A stretch of DNA of 64,000 nt from Actinomycetes bacterium (GTDB lineage: Bacteria; Actinomycetota; Coriobacteriia; Coriobacteriales; UBA8131): the NCBI GenBank assembly GCA_009787085.1, contig WRGR01000044.1, positions 81,017-145,016 on the forward strand, written 5' to 3'. The notes beneath the pieces were generated by a model, which was given only the letters and a program-made list of their open reading frames with translations, made no database searches and was not told the origin of the DNA. A program made the position numbers and the translations under genes. Each line of letters begins with the position of its first letter. Position 1 is the stretch's first letter. Below are positions 44,105-53,359 of the stretch, one piece after another.

Positions 44105-44836
44105 CTACTGCACCCTCCCGCCAGCCTGCTCACGCAAAGTCAGGATATGCGCCGAATACTCCAAGCAAGAAACCAGCCGCAGGGCGTTTTGCAGGCTGTC
44201 GGCCATGGCAAACGGCCCATGGCCACGGATGACAGCCAGTGAGCCGCCGCCACTGACCAGCTCGGCCATCATGGTGGCTACCTCATCGGCGGCCACTGTC
44301 TGCTGTGGACTAAGTACTGGCACCGCTGCTCCTAAGACCAGCTTGCCCTCGGAATCCAAAGGTGTCAATGCGTCCCGCGACAGCGACTGGAAAACAGTGT
44401 ACAGGCTATGGGAGTGCAGCACTGCCCGAACTCCAAAGTCTTCCCCTTGCTTAGTCAAGCGCTCGGTTAAGGCATGGTACATGGCACGATGCACCTTCAG
44501 CTCCATGGAGGCAGCGGCGGCCACATCGGCATCAGAGGCTTGCCACGGTACTTGAACCACGTCGCTCGGATGGATATGGGCGAGCTGGGCGGCAGTGCGG
44601 GTAATCCAAATCCGTGAGCCGTCGCTGACTGAAAGGTTGCCGCCGTGGCTGGTGACCGCACCGGAGACGAAGAGGTCGCGGCCAACCTCGCGGAAGTCTT
44701 TTATCCGCATTACTGAGTCGGCAGCGCCTTTGGCGGCATCAGCCGCTTCCCTAGCGGCTGTGGAGACCCCACTGGCGGCGGCGCTCACCCCGTCCAGAAG
44801 ATCCCTCTTGAACTGCTCGAAGCCGTATTCTGGCAT
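44105..44836 (-). CDS. class II aldolase/adducin-family protein with a ~45-aa Ala-rich N-terminal extension
   Basis: 243 aa with SHGGNLS, metal-binding HSHS and RGHG motifs. Confidence 0.8.
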   Translation of the reverse strand: MPEYGFEQFKRDLLDGVSAAASGVSTAAREAADAAKGAADSVMRIKDFREVGRDLFVSGAVTSHGGNLSVSDGSRIWITRTAAQLAHIHPSDVVQVPWQASDADVAAAASMELKVHRAMYHALTERLTKQGEDFGVRAVLHSHSLYTVFQSLSRDALTPLDSEGKLVLGAAVPVLSPQQTVAADEVATMMAELVSGGGSLAVIRGHGPFAMADSLQNALRLVSCLEYSAHILTLREQAGGRVQ

Positions 44837-44977
44837 GATTGAACGGCACCTCCCTTGGCTGCGTCGATCCTTGATATGCGATAATCATATAGCCTTAGTT
44901 GCCGGAGCACAAACCGGATATCCAAATCTTCATCAAGCGGAAACAGAAACGACAAGAGGACTGAAGAGCTAGCTACC

Positions 44978-47269
44978 ATGCAGACACCTGAGAATCAAAG
45001 CCAGAACAGCAGTGCTTGCTGCGAAAAGCCGGTCGGCGACCGTCAAAACGGTGCGAAGGCCGGGAACTTGTTGGATCATTCAGCGGGAAAAGAACCTGTC
45101 CCCTGCCCTACGACAGCAGCAACACCCCAGCCCCGACCGGAGTGGCCGTCCCGAGCGGTGGTTACTGCCGGCATGCCCTATGGCAACAAGGGTCTGCATT
45201 TCGGGCACGTCGGTGGAGTGTTCGTGCCAGCCGACGTCTATGCCCGCTTCTTACGCGACCGCATCGGGCCGGCCAATGTGCTGTTCGTCAGCGGCACCGA
45301 CTGCTATGGCTCACCGATCGACGAAGGCTATCGCAAACTGGTGGAAAACGAGGGTTTTACAGGCAGTATCGCCGACTACGTAAAGGCCAATCAGTGTGCT
45401 CAGGCAGCCAGCCTGGCGGCTTTCGACATCTCGCTGGACATCTACCAGGGCAGCGGCATGGACGAATCCGGGGAGTGCCATCGCACCCTTTCCGATGAAC
45501 TGCTACGGCGGCTCTACGATTGTGGCCACCTGCAACTGTTGGGCACCGACCAGTTCTACGACGATGCGGCCATGAGCTTCTTGAACGGTCGTCAAGTTGT
45601 CGGTCATTGCCCCGTTCAGGGCTGCCGTTCGGAGCATGCTTGGGCGGATGAATGCGACCTCGGCCACCAGTACCAGCCCTCAGAGCTGATCAACCCGGTA
45701 AGTACGCTCACCGGCAGCCGTCCATCGATGCGCCGGGTAGAGAACTGGTATTTCGACCTGCCGGAGTTCAAAGGCCTACTCGACAACTACATCGAGCAGT
45801 TGATGTGCGACAACGTCACCCGCAAGCTGGTTCCGGAGACTATGGCGGAGTTCTTAGTGCCGCCGATCATCTACCTGAAAGATGAGCTGCTTGACGACTA
45901 CCAAGCACTGAGCTCGACACTGCCACAGCACCGCTACCGTCCAACACCACAGGGCAAGGCCAGCTTCGAGCTGGAGTTTGACTGTATTGCCGACCGCGAC
46001 CAAGCACGTTCTTTGTTGGACGCTGCCGGGCTGCGCTACCGCAGCGGCAAAGCGTTGACCCCCTTCCGCATCACCGGCAACATCGACTGGGGCGTTCCTG
46101 CTCCGGACCTCGACCACAGCGGCAGGGCGCTGACCATTTGGTGCTGGCCAGAATCGCTATGGGCGCCGATCAGCTTCACCCAGGCGGCGCTGAGGCGGGC
46201 GGCAGCAGCCGGCATAGCCGGGAGCACGACAGCGGTTGATGCTGGTAATGACGCAGCTGATGCTGAAGCGGCGGCGGCCGAGGCAGTCGGGGCCGGAAGC
46301 CAAGCTACTGCGACGGCCCGGGCGACCGCAGCGCCGCTTGAATGGCCGGATTTCTGGTGCGACGACACAGCCCGGGTCTACCAGTTCATCGGCCAAGACA
46401 ACATCTACTTCTATGGGGTGGTGCAGACTGCGCTCTGGGAGGCGTTGGCCGCGCTGGACGACTTCGATCTGGCCAACCCCTTGGGAACGCTCAAGCAGAC
46501 ACATTTGATAGCCAACCACCACCTGCTCTTCTTGGACAAGAAGGCCTCGTCTTCTGGCACACTGAAGCCACCACTGGCCGAAGAGCTGCTCGAATACTAC
46601 CGTGCCGAACAGCTGCGTGCCCATTTTGTTTCCCTGGGCTTGGGGATGAAGGCCGTTAACTTCCGTCCAAAGCCCTTGAACCCGAAGGCCGCTGCCAAGG
46701 ATTCTGACCCAGTGCTGAAAGACGGACAGGTGCTGACAGGGATCTTGAACCGTTTGGCCCGCTCCTGTTTTTATGCCGTCCAAAACGAGTTCGGCGGGCA
46801 GATGCCCCTAGGCGAGATCAGCCCCGAAGTCGGCAACTGGGCACAAGAGGCAGTGCGGCTCTACGAGCAGGCCATGTTCCTAACTGAGCTGCACTTGGCC
46901 AGCTCAGCAGCCGCTGATTTGATCCGTAGAGCCAACAAGCATTGGTCGGAGCACAGCCGCAGCTGCGAGACTGGCAGTGCCGAGCGGCGACAGTTGCTCA
47001 TCGATTGCTTTTACCTGCTGCGAGTCTGCTTACTGCTGGAGCACCCCATCGCCCCTAGGGGCTCGGCCAAAGCCTTCGAGTACTTCGCTTTGTCCTGCAC
47101 GGAGGCTGAGTTCTTCAGTTGGGAGCATGTCGATGCCAGCTGCCGTCCTGCCGGCTTTGAGGCTTTTGTTGATGCCGATGCAAAAGCCCGCGCCAGCCAT
47201 AGCCTACGCGAGCTTTTGCCACGTACCGATTTCTTCGAGTGCCATCCCAGCCAGTTCGCCAAGTCGTGA
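44978..47269 (+). CDS. class I aminoacyl-tRNA synthetase, methionyl-tRNA-synthetase-like (divergent)
   Basis: 763 aa with MPYGNKGLHFGH (HIGH region), a CP-domain knuckle HCPVQGC..DECDLGH and FIGQDNIYFYG. The KMSKS position reads KASSS. Confidence 0.65.
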   Translation: MQTPENQSQNSSACCEKPVGDRQNGAKAGNLLDHSAGKEPVPCPTTAATPQPRPEWPSRAVVTAGMPYGNKGLHFGHVGGVFVPADVYARFLRDRIGPANVLFVSGTDCYGSPIDEGYRKLVENEGFTGSIADYVKANQCAQAASLAAFDISLDIYQGSGMDESGECHRTLSDELLRRLYDCGHLQLLGTDQFYDDAAMSFLNGRQVVGHCPVQGCRSEHAWADECDLGHQYQPSELINPVSTLTGSRPSMRRVENWYFDLPEFKGLLDNYIEQLMCDNVTRKLVPETMAEFLVPPIIYLKDELLDDYQALSSTLPQHRYRPTPQGKASFELEFDCIADRDQARSLLDAAGLRYRSGKALTPFRITGNIDWGVPAPDLDHSGRALTIWCWPESLWAPISFTQAALRRAAAAGIAGSTTAVDAGNDAADAEAAAAEAVGAGSQATATARATAAPLEWPDFWCDDTARVYQFIGQDNIYFYGVVQTALWEALAALDDFDLANPLGTLKQTHLIANHHLLFLDKKASSSGTLKPPLAEELLEYYRAEQLRAHFVSLGLGMKAVNFRPKPLNPKAAAKDSDPVLKDGQVLTGILNRLARSCFYAVQNEFGGQMPLGEISPEVGNWAQEAVRLYEQAMFLTELHLASSAAADLIRRANKHWSEHSRSCETGSAERRQLLIDCFYLLRVCLLLEHPIAPRGSAKAFEYFALSCTEAEFFSWEHVDASCRPAGFEAFVDADAKARASHSLRELLPRTDFFECHPSQFAKS

Positions 47270-47285
47270 GCTGGCGGGGTTCATG

Positions 47286-48224
47286 CTACAACGTAAAGTC
47301 TTCCTCACCGGCAAATACCTTGCAAGCCCGATCCACATCATAGTCGGCCAGTGTGATGGCGCTGATGGCCTTGGTCAGGCGCACAGCCTCTGCCAGCGAC
47401 CTCTGATGGATGTTACGGCCAGTGGCATTACCGGCTGCACCACCGATGTGGATCTGCTCATGTAGCTGCGACAAGAACTTCTCCGCCTCCACGGTCGAGC
47501 CACCGGCGCAGACCAAGCCAGTGCGCCCCGCTGCCTCCGAGGCTTGTGCCAAAAGTGCAGCTGAGCTTTCATCAGCGCTGGCCTTGGGCGGGTTGACCTT
47601 CACGAAGTCAGCACCCAAGCAGACTGCCACACCGGCTGCCCCGGCAATCAGGGCGGCATCCTTCTCATTGGCGATGGCCTTGCCACGCGGGTAGATCCAC
47701 AGCACCACCGGCAAGCCGGCAGCATGGGCCTCGCTGATCAGCTCGCCAGCCTCGCTCATCATCGTCGATTCATACTCGCTGCCCAAATAGATGGTGTAGC
47801 CGATGCCCACTATGTTCACGCCGGCATCGCGCATGGCCAGCACGTGTTCCATGGAGTAGAGCAACGCCGAATAGGGGTCGTCTTGGGCAGTCTCCACCAA
47901 GTTGGTCTTGGAGTTCATCTTTACCAGATAGTTTATGTTCGGATAGTCTGCGGCGTAGCGGGCAATCAGCCCCTTCTGGGCGGCAAGCACACCGACCACA
48001 CCCTGATCACCGATCTTGAAAAGGTGCTCCGGGTTGTTGTCCTCTGGCGAGATGCCCTCCCCAAAAAAATCCGCGTTCAAGTGCTCAATCTTCTGGTCGC
48101 AAGCATAGAGCATCAGCCGCCCGGTATTTTGGGTGGCGGCCAGGTAATTCCGAACATAGGTCTCCCGAAACTCCGGGGAAACATCAATGGGCACCCGCAC
48201 ATCGTCAGCAGTGATCTTCGGCAT
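47286..48224 (-). CDS. class I (DhnA/FbaB-type) aldolase family protein
   Basis: Start taken at MPKITADD after GAAGGAGG (the track ORF extends to 48272). TIM-barrel pattern with the Schiff-base lysine context GADFVKVNPP. Confidence 0.8.
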   Translation of the reverse strand: MPKITADDVRVPIDVSPEFRETYVRNYLAATQNTGRLMLYACDQKIEHLNADFFGEGISPEDNNPEHLFKIGDQGVVGVLAAQKGLIARYAADYPNINYLVKMNSKTNLVETAQDDPYSALLYSMEHVLAMRDAGVNIVGIGYTIYLGSEYESTMMSEAGELISEAHAAGLPVVLWIYPRGKAIANEKDAALIAGAAGVAVCLGADFVKVNPPKASADESSAALLAQASEAAGRTGLVCAGGSTVEAEKFLSQLHEQIHIGGAAGNATGRNIHQRSLAEAVRLTKAISAITLADYDVDRACKVFAGEEDFTL

Positions 48225-48369
48225 GTGAACCTCCTTCTCGTGAGGAAATGCATGAGTAATTACATCTGCCAATAGATTAGCATAGAGTGATGCTTAGGAG
48301 CGTTGCAGGAAAGGAGCGACCAGCTGAAGGAGCACCGGTCGGTACCTCTCTAGGCAGAGGCAAGCTCAA

Positions 48370-48756
48370 TTAGCCGTCTACGCTTGCAAAATACCAAGTA
48401 ACCACCATCAATGGTATACATAGAAGTATTCCCGGCACGGTGCCATTACCTGGGGTGTGGAAAAGCCCTCCAGTTCCTCGGGGCTGAACGAGTCGTTGAC
48501 GCTCTGGTCGAGGTCTTGAAAATAGTCGAATAACACACAGTCGAAGTATGGGGAGTAGCTGTAAACACGGAACTGGAAGCTGATCGACTCCTTCCCCACG
48601 AGAATGGTCACCCACTTGGGACAGTCTATGAGCAGAGGCGAAGTTGACCAGCCTCACCTTGACCGTGGCGGTCCGGCCGTTGTGGGAGCGGACGGTGACG
48701 CTGGCCGTGCCGGGCATGGCGCCAGCCGCCTCGCCCGATGCGGACACCTTTAGCAC
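48370..48756 (-). pseudogene. frameshifted remnant containing a Big_2-like Ig-domain fragment
   Basis: Frame A reads ..VSASGEAAGAMPGTASVTVRSHNGRTATVKVRLVN. A second frame continues ..PLLIDCPKWVTILVGKESISFQFRVYSYSPYFD... No credible start or SD. Confidence 0.3.
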
Positions 48757-48798
48757 TGCGGCAGACTAAGAGCAGCCTTGCACATCTGCCTTCTGCTG

Positions 48799-49782
48799 CT
48801 AGCCGTCATCGCCCCGGTATTGCCCACCGGTCCTGGCCTGGGGGTCGCTGATTACTTGGCCGCCCGGCAGCTGGGCCAGCAGGATCGCGGCGAACATCAG
48901 GATGCAGCCGACCACCTCGCGCAGCGTCAGCAGCTCGCCCAGCAACACCAGACCGCCCAAGGCACTGAACACTGCCTCGGTGCTCATGATGATCGCCGCC
49001 GGGGCCGGCCGCAGCCCCTGTTGGCCGATACCTTGGAGGGTGAAGGCCACACCGGTAGAGAGCACACCGGCATAAAGCACCATCACCGCCACATTGGCCA
49101 AGGCCGCCGGGTCGAAGACCTGCTCCACAAAAAAGCCATCGAACAGCGGCACACATACCAGGGCTAGAACCCCCGCCGTCAGGAACTGGACAACGCAGAG
49201 CTTGAGTATCTCCCGGGCATTGATACCAGCCACGAAGTGGTCGACTGCCAAGATATGCCCCGCCCAGAACAGGGCACCGAGGATCACTATCAGGTCGCCC
49301 TCCTGAATGTCGAAGCCGTCGGTGATCGACAGGAAGTACAGCCCCACCCCTGCTATCAGGACACTGACCCAAGCGTTCCAACGTAGACGCTGCCTCATGA
49401 ACACGCCGAGTAGCGGCACCAACACGATATACAGGGCGGTCAGAAACCCGGCTTTGGAGGCCGGGGTGTAGACCATGCCGACTTGTTGCAGGGTGCCGGC
49501 GGCGAAGAGGATAAAGCCGCAGAACATGCCGCCGAGGATCAACCGCCTCGCCGGTATAGCCCAACTGACTGGCATTTTGCCGATACGGGAGATAAAGCCA
49601 CTGACCACTAAGACCGCCACTAGGGTCAAAGCGCCGATGACGAAACGCAGTCCAGCGAACAAAAACGGCCCGATATAGTCCATGCCTGAGCGCTGGGCGA
49701 CAAAGGCCATACCCCAGATAAAGGCAGTGAGCAGAAGTATCAAACTAGAGCGGATCGGACGCTGCCGCGCATCAGATGCCAT
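48799..49782 (-). CDS. EamA/DMT-family transporter
   Basis: 327 aa with 10 predicted TM helices and a duplicated EamA pattern. Confidence 0.85.
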   Translation of the reverse strand: MASDARQRPIRSSLILLLTAFIWGMAFVAQRSGMDYIGPFLFAGLRFVIGALTLVAVLVVSGFISRIGKMPVSWAIPARRLILGGMFCGFILFAAGTLQQVGMVYTPASKAGFLTALYIVLVPLLGVFMRQRLRWNAWVSVLIAGVGLYFLSITDGFDIQEGDLIVILGALFWAGHILAVDHFVAGINAREILKLCVVQFLTAGVLALVCVPLFDGFFVEQVFDPAALANVAVMVLYAGVLSTGVAFTLQGIGQQGLRPAPAAIIMSTEAVFSALGGLVLLGELLTLREVVGCILMFAAILLAQLPGGQVISDPQARTGGQYRGDDG

Positions 49783-49866
49783 GTGTCGAGAAGCCCCTTT
49801 CTTTCAGAAAAATGTTGGTTGGCCAAGCCTCCCACCCTATAGGCTGCACCGGCAGCCCAACAGTCA

Positions 49867-51825
49867 TCAGTTCTCCAAAAATGTCCAGCCGTCCATGCCC
49901 CGTTGGCTGAAGGACAGACCAAGATAGCCCTGAATATCCTTATGCTCCTTGCATGGGCGTTGATGGTCGCAAAAGCCGTTAACCAATGGCCAGTCAAGCT
50001 GCGAGCCGATATCCATGCCATCCAAGCAGGGTGCGGGTGGCAGAGAGCGGCGCTTGAACTCCGAGCACCTGACGCGGTCCAGTACCTCGCACACAGTAGC
50101 CGACATCGCACTGTCCACCTTGGAGTCTTGGCTCAGCACTGCAAGTATCTGATCGACCCCCAAGCCGTCCTCGATGTGCAGGTGGAGGATGCGGTCGAGC
50201 AGCTCATAAGGCGGCAGCAGGTCTTGGTCGGTCTGACCGCTGTAAAGCTCAGCCGATGGCGGCTTGGCGATGATCGCCTCGGGGATGGGTGCCGTGATGG
50301 CACCAACAGCAGCTGCGCCATGCCACTGGTTGCGCCAGTGCGCCAGCCCATAGACATTTGTTTTATAGACATTTCCCAGCGGTGAGAAGGCACCGGCTGT
50401 ATCGCCATAAATCGTGGAGTAACCCTGTGCCGCCTCAGACTTGTTGCCGGTGTTCAAGAGCATCCAGCCAAAGCAATTGGAGAGGTACATCAGGCAAGTC
50501 ATGCGGATACGGGGCTGTAGGTTCTGGGCAGCGAGGCTTGGTTGCGCCGAGGTATCAGAGGGGGCAACAGCATTTGCAGGTACAGCGGGTGCAGCGGGTG
50601 CAGCGGGTGCAGTGTCCCTAGCATTCGCAGCATCTGTTCCCGATGTTGAATGATCGGGCATTGCGGCGCTGTCAAGCGGTAGATCATCGGAGCAGAAGGG
50701 CATCAGCCTCTGAAACCCCTCCAGCGGCTCGGTGATCGGGATAGTCATAGTGGCAATGCCCAACCGGTCAGCCAAGGCTTGAGCATCGCTGATACTGCCG
50801 GCCGAGGAGTAGGGAGAAGGCATCAACACACCATGCACATGCCCTGCTCCCAAGGCATCCACCGCAATTGCCGCCACCACCGCCGAATCGAGGCCGCCGG
50901 AGAGCCCCAACACCACATCTCTGAAACCGTTCTTCACCACATAATCGTGGGTGGCCAAACAAAGTGCCCGCCAGTCGGCCTCATAGGGCAACAACGGGCG
51001 GACTATCGGCTTGGCCGCCGTTGACCCAGCAACCGCAAGGCTGGCACCAGCGGCCATGGCCGTTGTATCCCTCTGGCTGCTTTCCACCAGTGTTGTTGCC
51101 ACTGAAGCGTTAAAGGTGATGTTAGCCCGCAGGACAGCATCCTCGAACACCGGAGCCTGTGCTTGCACCTGTCCGTAGGCATCCATCACCAAGCTGCCGC
51201 CGTCAAACACCATCTCGCCCGCGCCGCCAACCAAGTTGGCTACCACCAGCCAAGCATTGGCCTCCCTAGCAACCTCCTGCAAGAACTCTAGTTGCTCAGA
51301 AGCCGTGAACAGGGAATCTGTGCCGTGATAGTCTTTGGCCAGCAGCATGATGACTAGGTCGCAGTCCGAAAGGTCATCGCCATCCGGATACTCATCGAGC
51401 AGCATCCCGACCTGTACCCCATCGATACGCGCCCGAATCACCGATGGACAGATCGGCATCTCGTCATCTTTCTCCAAGTTGGAGAAGCCCAACCTGCCGC
51501 CCTCACCATCCTTCATGTACAACGCCTCTGATTCGCAGGGACTGTCCAATCCGTCGTCTAAGTGCAGCGGCAAGACTGTACCCATAACAGTGGCCAGTGG
51601 CGCCTCCTTGATAACTTGGCGGGCGTAGTCCACACATTCCAAGCCAAAGGCCTCAGAGAACTGCAGGCCGTCCAAGGGCATACCACAGAGGGCAAAGGCG
51701 GGGAAGACCACCAGATCGGGAGGATAAGCAGTGCTCGCAAGCTCATGGATAGTCTGCAGCGCCGCCTCGCTGTTCTCCTTCAGTGCCCCGGCAGTCGGGT
51801 TGTTCTGGACAATGGCAACGTACAT
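49867..51825 (-). CDS. nadE: glutamine-dependent NAD+ synthetase (CN-hydrolase + NAD synthetase domains)
   Basis: 652 aa with an N-terminal nitrilase-like domain and PP-loop LGLSGGLDSAV. A Pro/Ala-rich insertion lies inside the synthetase domain. Confidence 0.9.
   Translation of the reverse strand: MYVAIVQNNPTAGALKENSEAALQTIHELASTAYPPDLVVFPAFALCGMPLDGLQFSEAFGLECVDYARQVIKEAPLATVMGTVLPLHLDDGLDSPCESEALYMKDGEGGRLGFSNLEKDDEMPICPSVIRARIDGVQVGMLLDEYPDGDDLSDCDLVIMLLAKDYHGTDSLFTASEQLEFLQEVAREANAWLVVANLVGGAGEMVFDGGSLVMDAYGQVQAQAPVFEDAVLRANITFNASVATTLVESSQRDTTAMAAGASLAVAGSTAAKPIVRPLLPYEADWRALCLATHDYVVKNGFRDVVLGLSGGLDSAVVAAIAVDALGAGHVHGVLMPSPYSSAGSISDAQALADRLGIATMTIPITEPLEGFQRLMPFCSDDLPLDSAAMPDHSTSGTDAANARDTAPAAPAAPAVPANAVAPSDTSAQPSLAAQNLQPRIRMTCLMYLSNCFGWMLLNTGNKSEAAQGYSTIYGDTAGAFSPLGNVYKTNVYGLAHWRNQWHGAAAVGAITAPIPEAIIAKPPSAELYSGQTDQDLLPPYELLDRILHLHIEDGLGVDQILAVLSQDSKVDSAMSATVCEVLDRVRCSEFKRRSLPPAPCLDGMDIGSQLDWPLVNGFCDHQRPCKEHKDIQGYLGLSFSQRGMDGWTFLEN
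50583..50612. repeat. 9-bp tandem repeat (cagcgggtg, about 3 copies) inside nadE
   Basis: The sequence reads cagcgggtgcagcgggtgcagcgggtgcag. It encodes PAAPAAPA on the minus strand. Confidence 0.85.
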
Positions 51826-52035
51826 TAAGGGGTCTCCTTGCTGTGTCTTTTAGAGTGTCTTTTTACAGTGTCTCTCTCGTTTACAGTATCTCCATCATAT
51901 ACATGGCCGGAGCCGTTTGTGCCCATGAAGAACATCACAGCTTTGGTTTTTCAAGCTTTGACCTCCATGAACTGACACTTTCCCCATTGTACCAGCATTC
52001 TCAAACAGAATCAGAAGCAATACCGGATTGGCTTT

Positions 52036-52515
52036 TTACTTATGGTATGGCTCACCACGGTTGATGCGGCAGGCCCGGTATAGTTGTTCCAGCAAGACGA
52101 TGCGGGCCAAGTTGTGCGGCAGGGTTATTTGGCCGAAGGAGAGGCGCTCGTTGGCCACCTTGCGGATCTCGGCGGCTACGCCGTGGGAGCCGCCGATGAT
52201 GAACGTCAGGCGGGGGTTGCCGGAGGCTTCTTGGGCGCTCAGGCGGGTGGCCAGGTGCTCACTGGAGGTGGCCACTCCGCCGATGTCCAGCAGTATCAGG
52301 GGCGCAGCCGTGCGTTGCCGCTTCAGGCAGTCGATGATCAAGACGGCCTCGGCCTTGAGTAAGGCCTCGGGGCCGTCACCGTGTTCGGAGCGGTCTGGAA
52401 GCTCGAAGACCCGCAACTGCGCATAGGCCGACAAGCGTTTCTCGTACTCGGCTGCCGCCTCCCGCCAGTAGCGCTCCTTCAGCTTGCCAACAGCAATCAG
52501 GTCGATGGCCAGCAT
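52036..52515 (-). CDS. rlmH: 23S rRNA (pseudouridine1915-N3)-methyltransferase
   Basis: 159-aa SPOUT protein with IAVGKLKERYW and FIIGGSHG. Confidence 0.9.
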   Translation of the reverse strand: MLAIDLIAVGKLKERYWREAAAEYEKRLSAYAQLRVFELPDRSEHGDGPEALLKAEAVLIIDCLKRQRTAAPLILLDIGGVATSSEHLATRLSAQEASGNPRLTFIIGGSHGVAAEIRKVANERLSFGQITLPHNLARIVLLEQLYRACRINRGEPYHK

Positions 52516-52687
52516 CAGCCAACCCGTTCGACAGGCAGGCGAGACAGAGAAGTGCCGACCGATGCTGTTGCACCAAGTCGCGAAACGGTATAACTCGCAG
52601 CCGCCCTTGTCAGCGGCGCGAAAGATTGCGGATCAAGGCCGCAACAATGTACTCCACACACTAATCGGCACTCCCCCAAAGCGGCGC

Positions 52688-53359
52688 TCACGACCCTTCA
52701 CCGTCACGGCTGACACTGAGCCGCTGCACTTCCAACACGCTCCCCTGCTCGCCTAGGATCAGATCGGCCAGCGACTCGGGACGGGCTGCTCCCTGCTCTG
52801 AGCTTCTGAGCGTCAAGGACAGGCGCAAGCTGCCATCTGTTGCATCGACCTTGAGCAGCGGAGTGGTGGCAATGAGCATGGCTGTCTGGTAGTCTTTGGA
52901 CTTCTCCCTCCGCACTAGGGTCAGGGTCTCGCGATCTAACAGCTCGTCCAGTGCGGCTTGCAGGGCTGCTAGGTCACGATCTGGGGACAGCAACCGAAGC
53001 TCATAGCTCTCCAGATTATGGGTGGACTGCAGGCCACGCAGTTGGGTAGGCACATAGCAGACCTCATGTATCGGTATCTGGTCAGCAGCTGCCAGCCCAA
53101 GGCAGGCCAGCGCCTTGGCTGGCGGCAGGTACTCGGTCAGCCAAACGTCGAAAAGCTCCCGGGCACCGGAGGTGCCCACTGGCAAGGCCGGCCCGGGGGC
53201 AAACCGCATATGGGCGTTAAAGCCATGAGTAGTGGCATAGGGCAGGCCGGAGCGGCGGATCAGGCGCTCCATCGCCCGCAGCAGCTCAAGGTGCGACAGC
53301 CAACGCAAACGCCCCTGCTTGGCAAAGCAGATGCGCAACCTGAAGAAAACCTCATTCAT
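52688..53359 (-). CDS. TIGR03936/DUF2344 radical-SAM-associated protein
   Basis: Start at MNEVFFRLRICFAKQGRLRWLSHLEL, forming an ATGAATGA overlap with the upstream stop (the track ORF extends to 53398). Confidence 0.8.
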   Translation of the reverse strand: MNEVFFRLRICFAKQGRLRWLSHLELLRAMERLIRRSGLPYATTHGFNAHMRFAPGPALPVGTSGARELFDVWLTEYLPPAKALACLGLAAADQIPIHEVCYVPTQLRGLQSTHNLESYELRLLSPDRDLAALQAALDELLDRETLTLVRREKSKDYQTAMLIATTPLLKVDATDGSLRLSLTLRSSEQGAARPESLADLILGEQGSVLEVQRLSVSRDGEGS

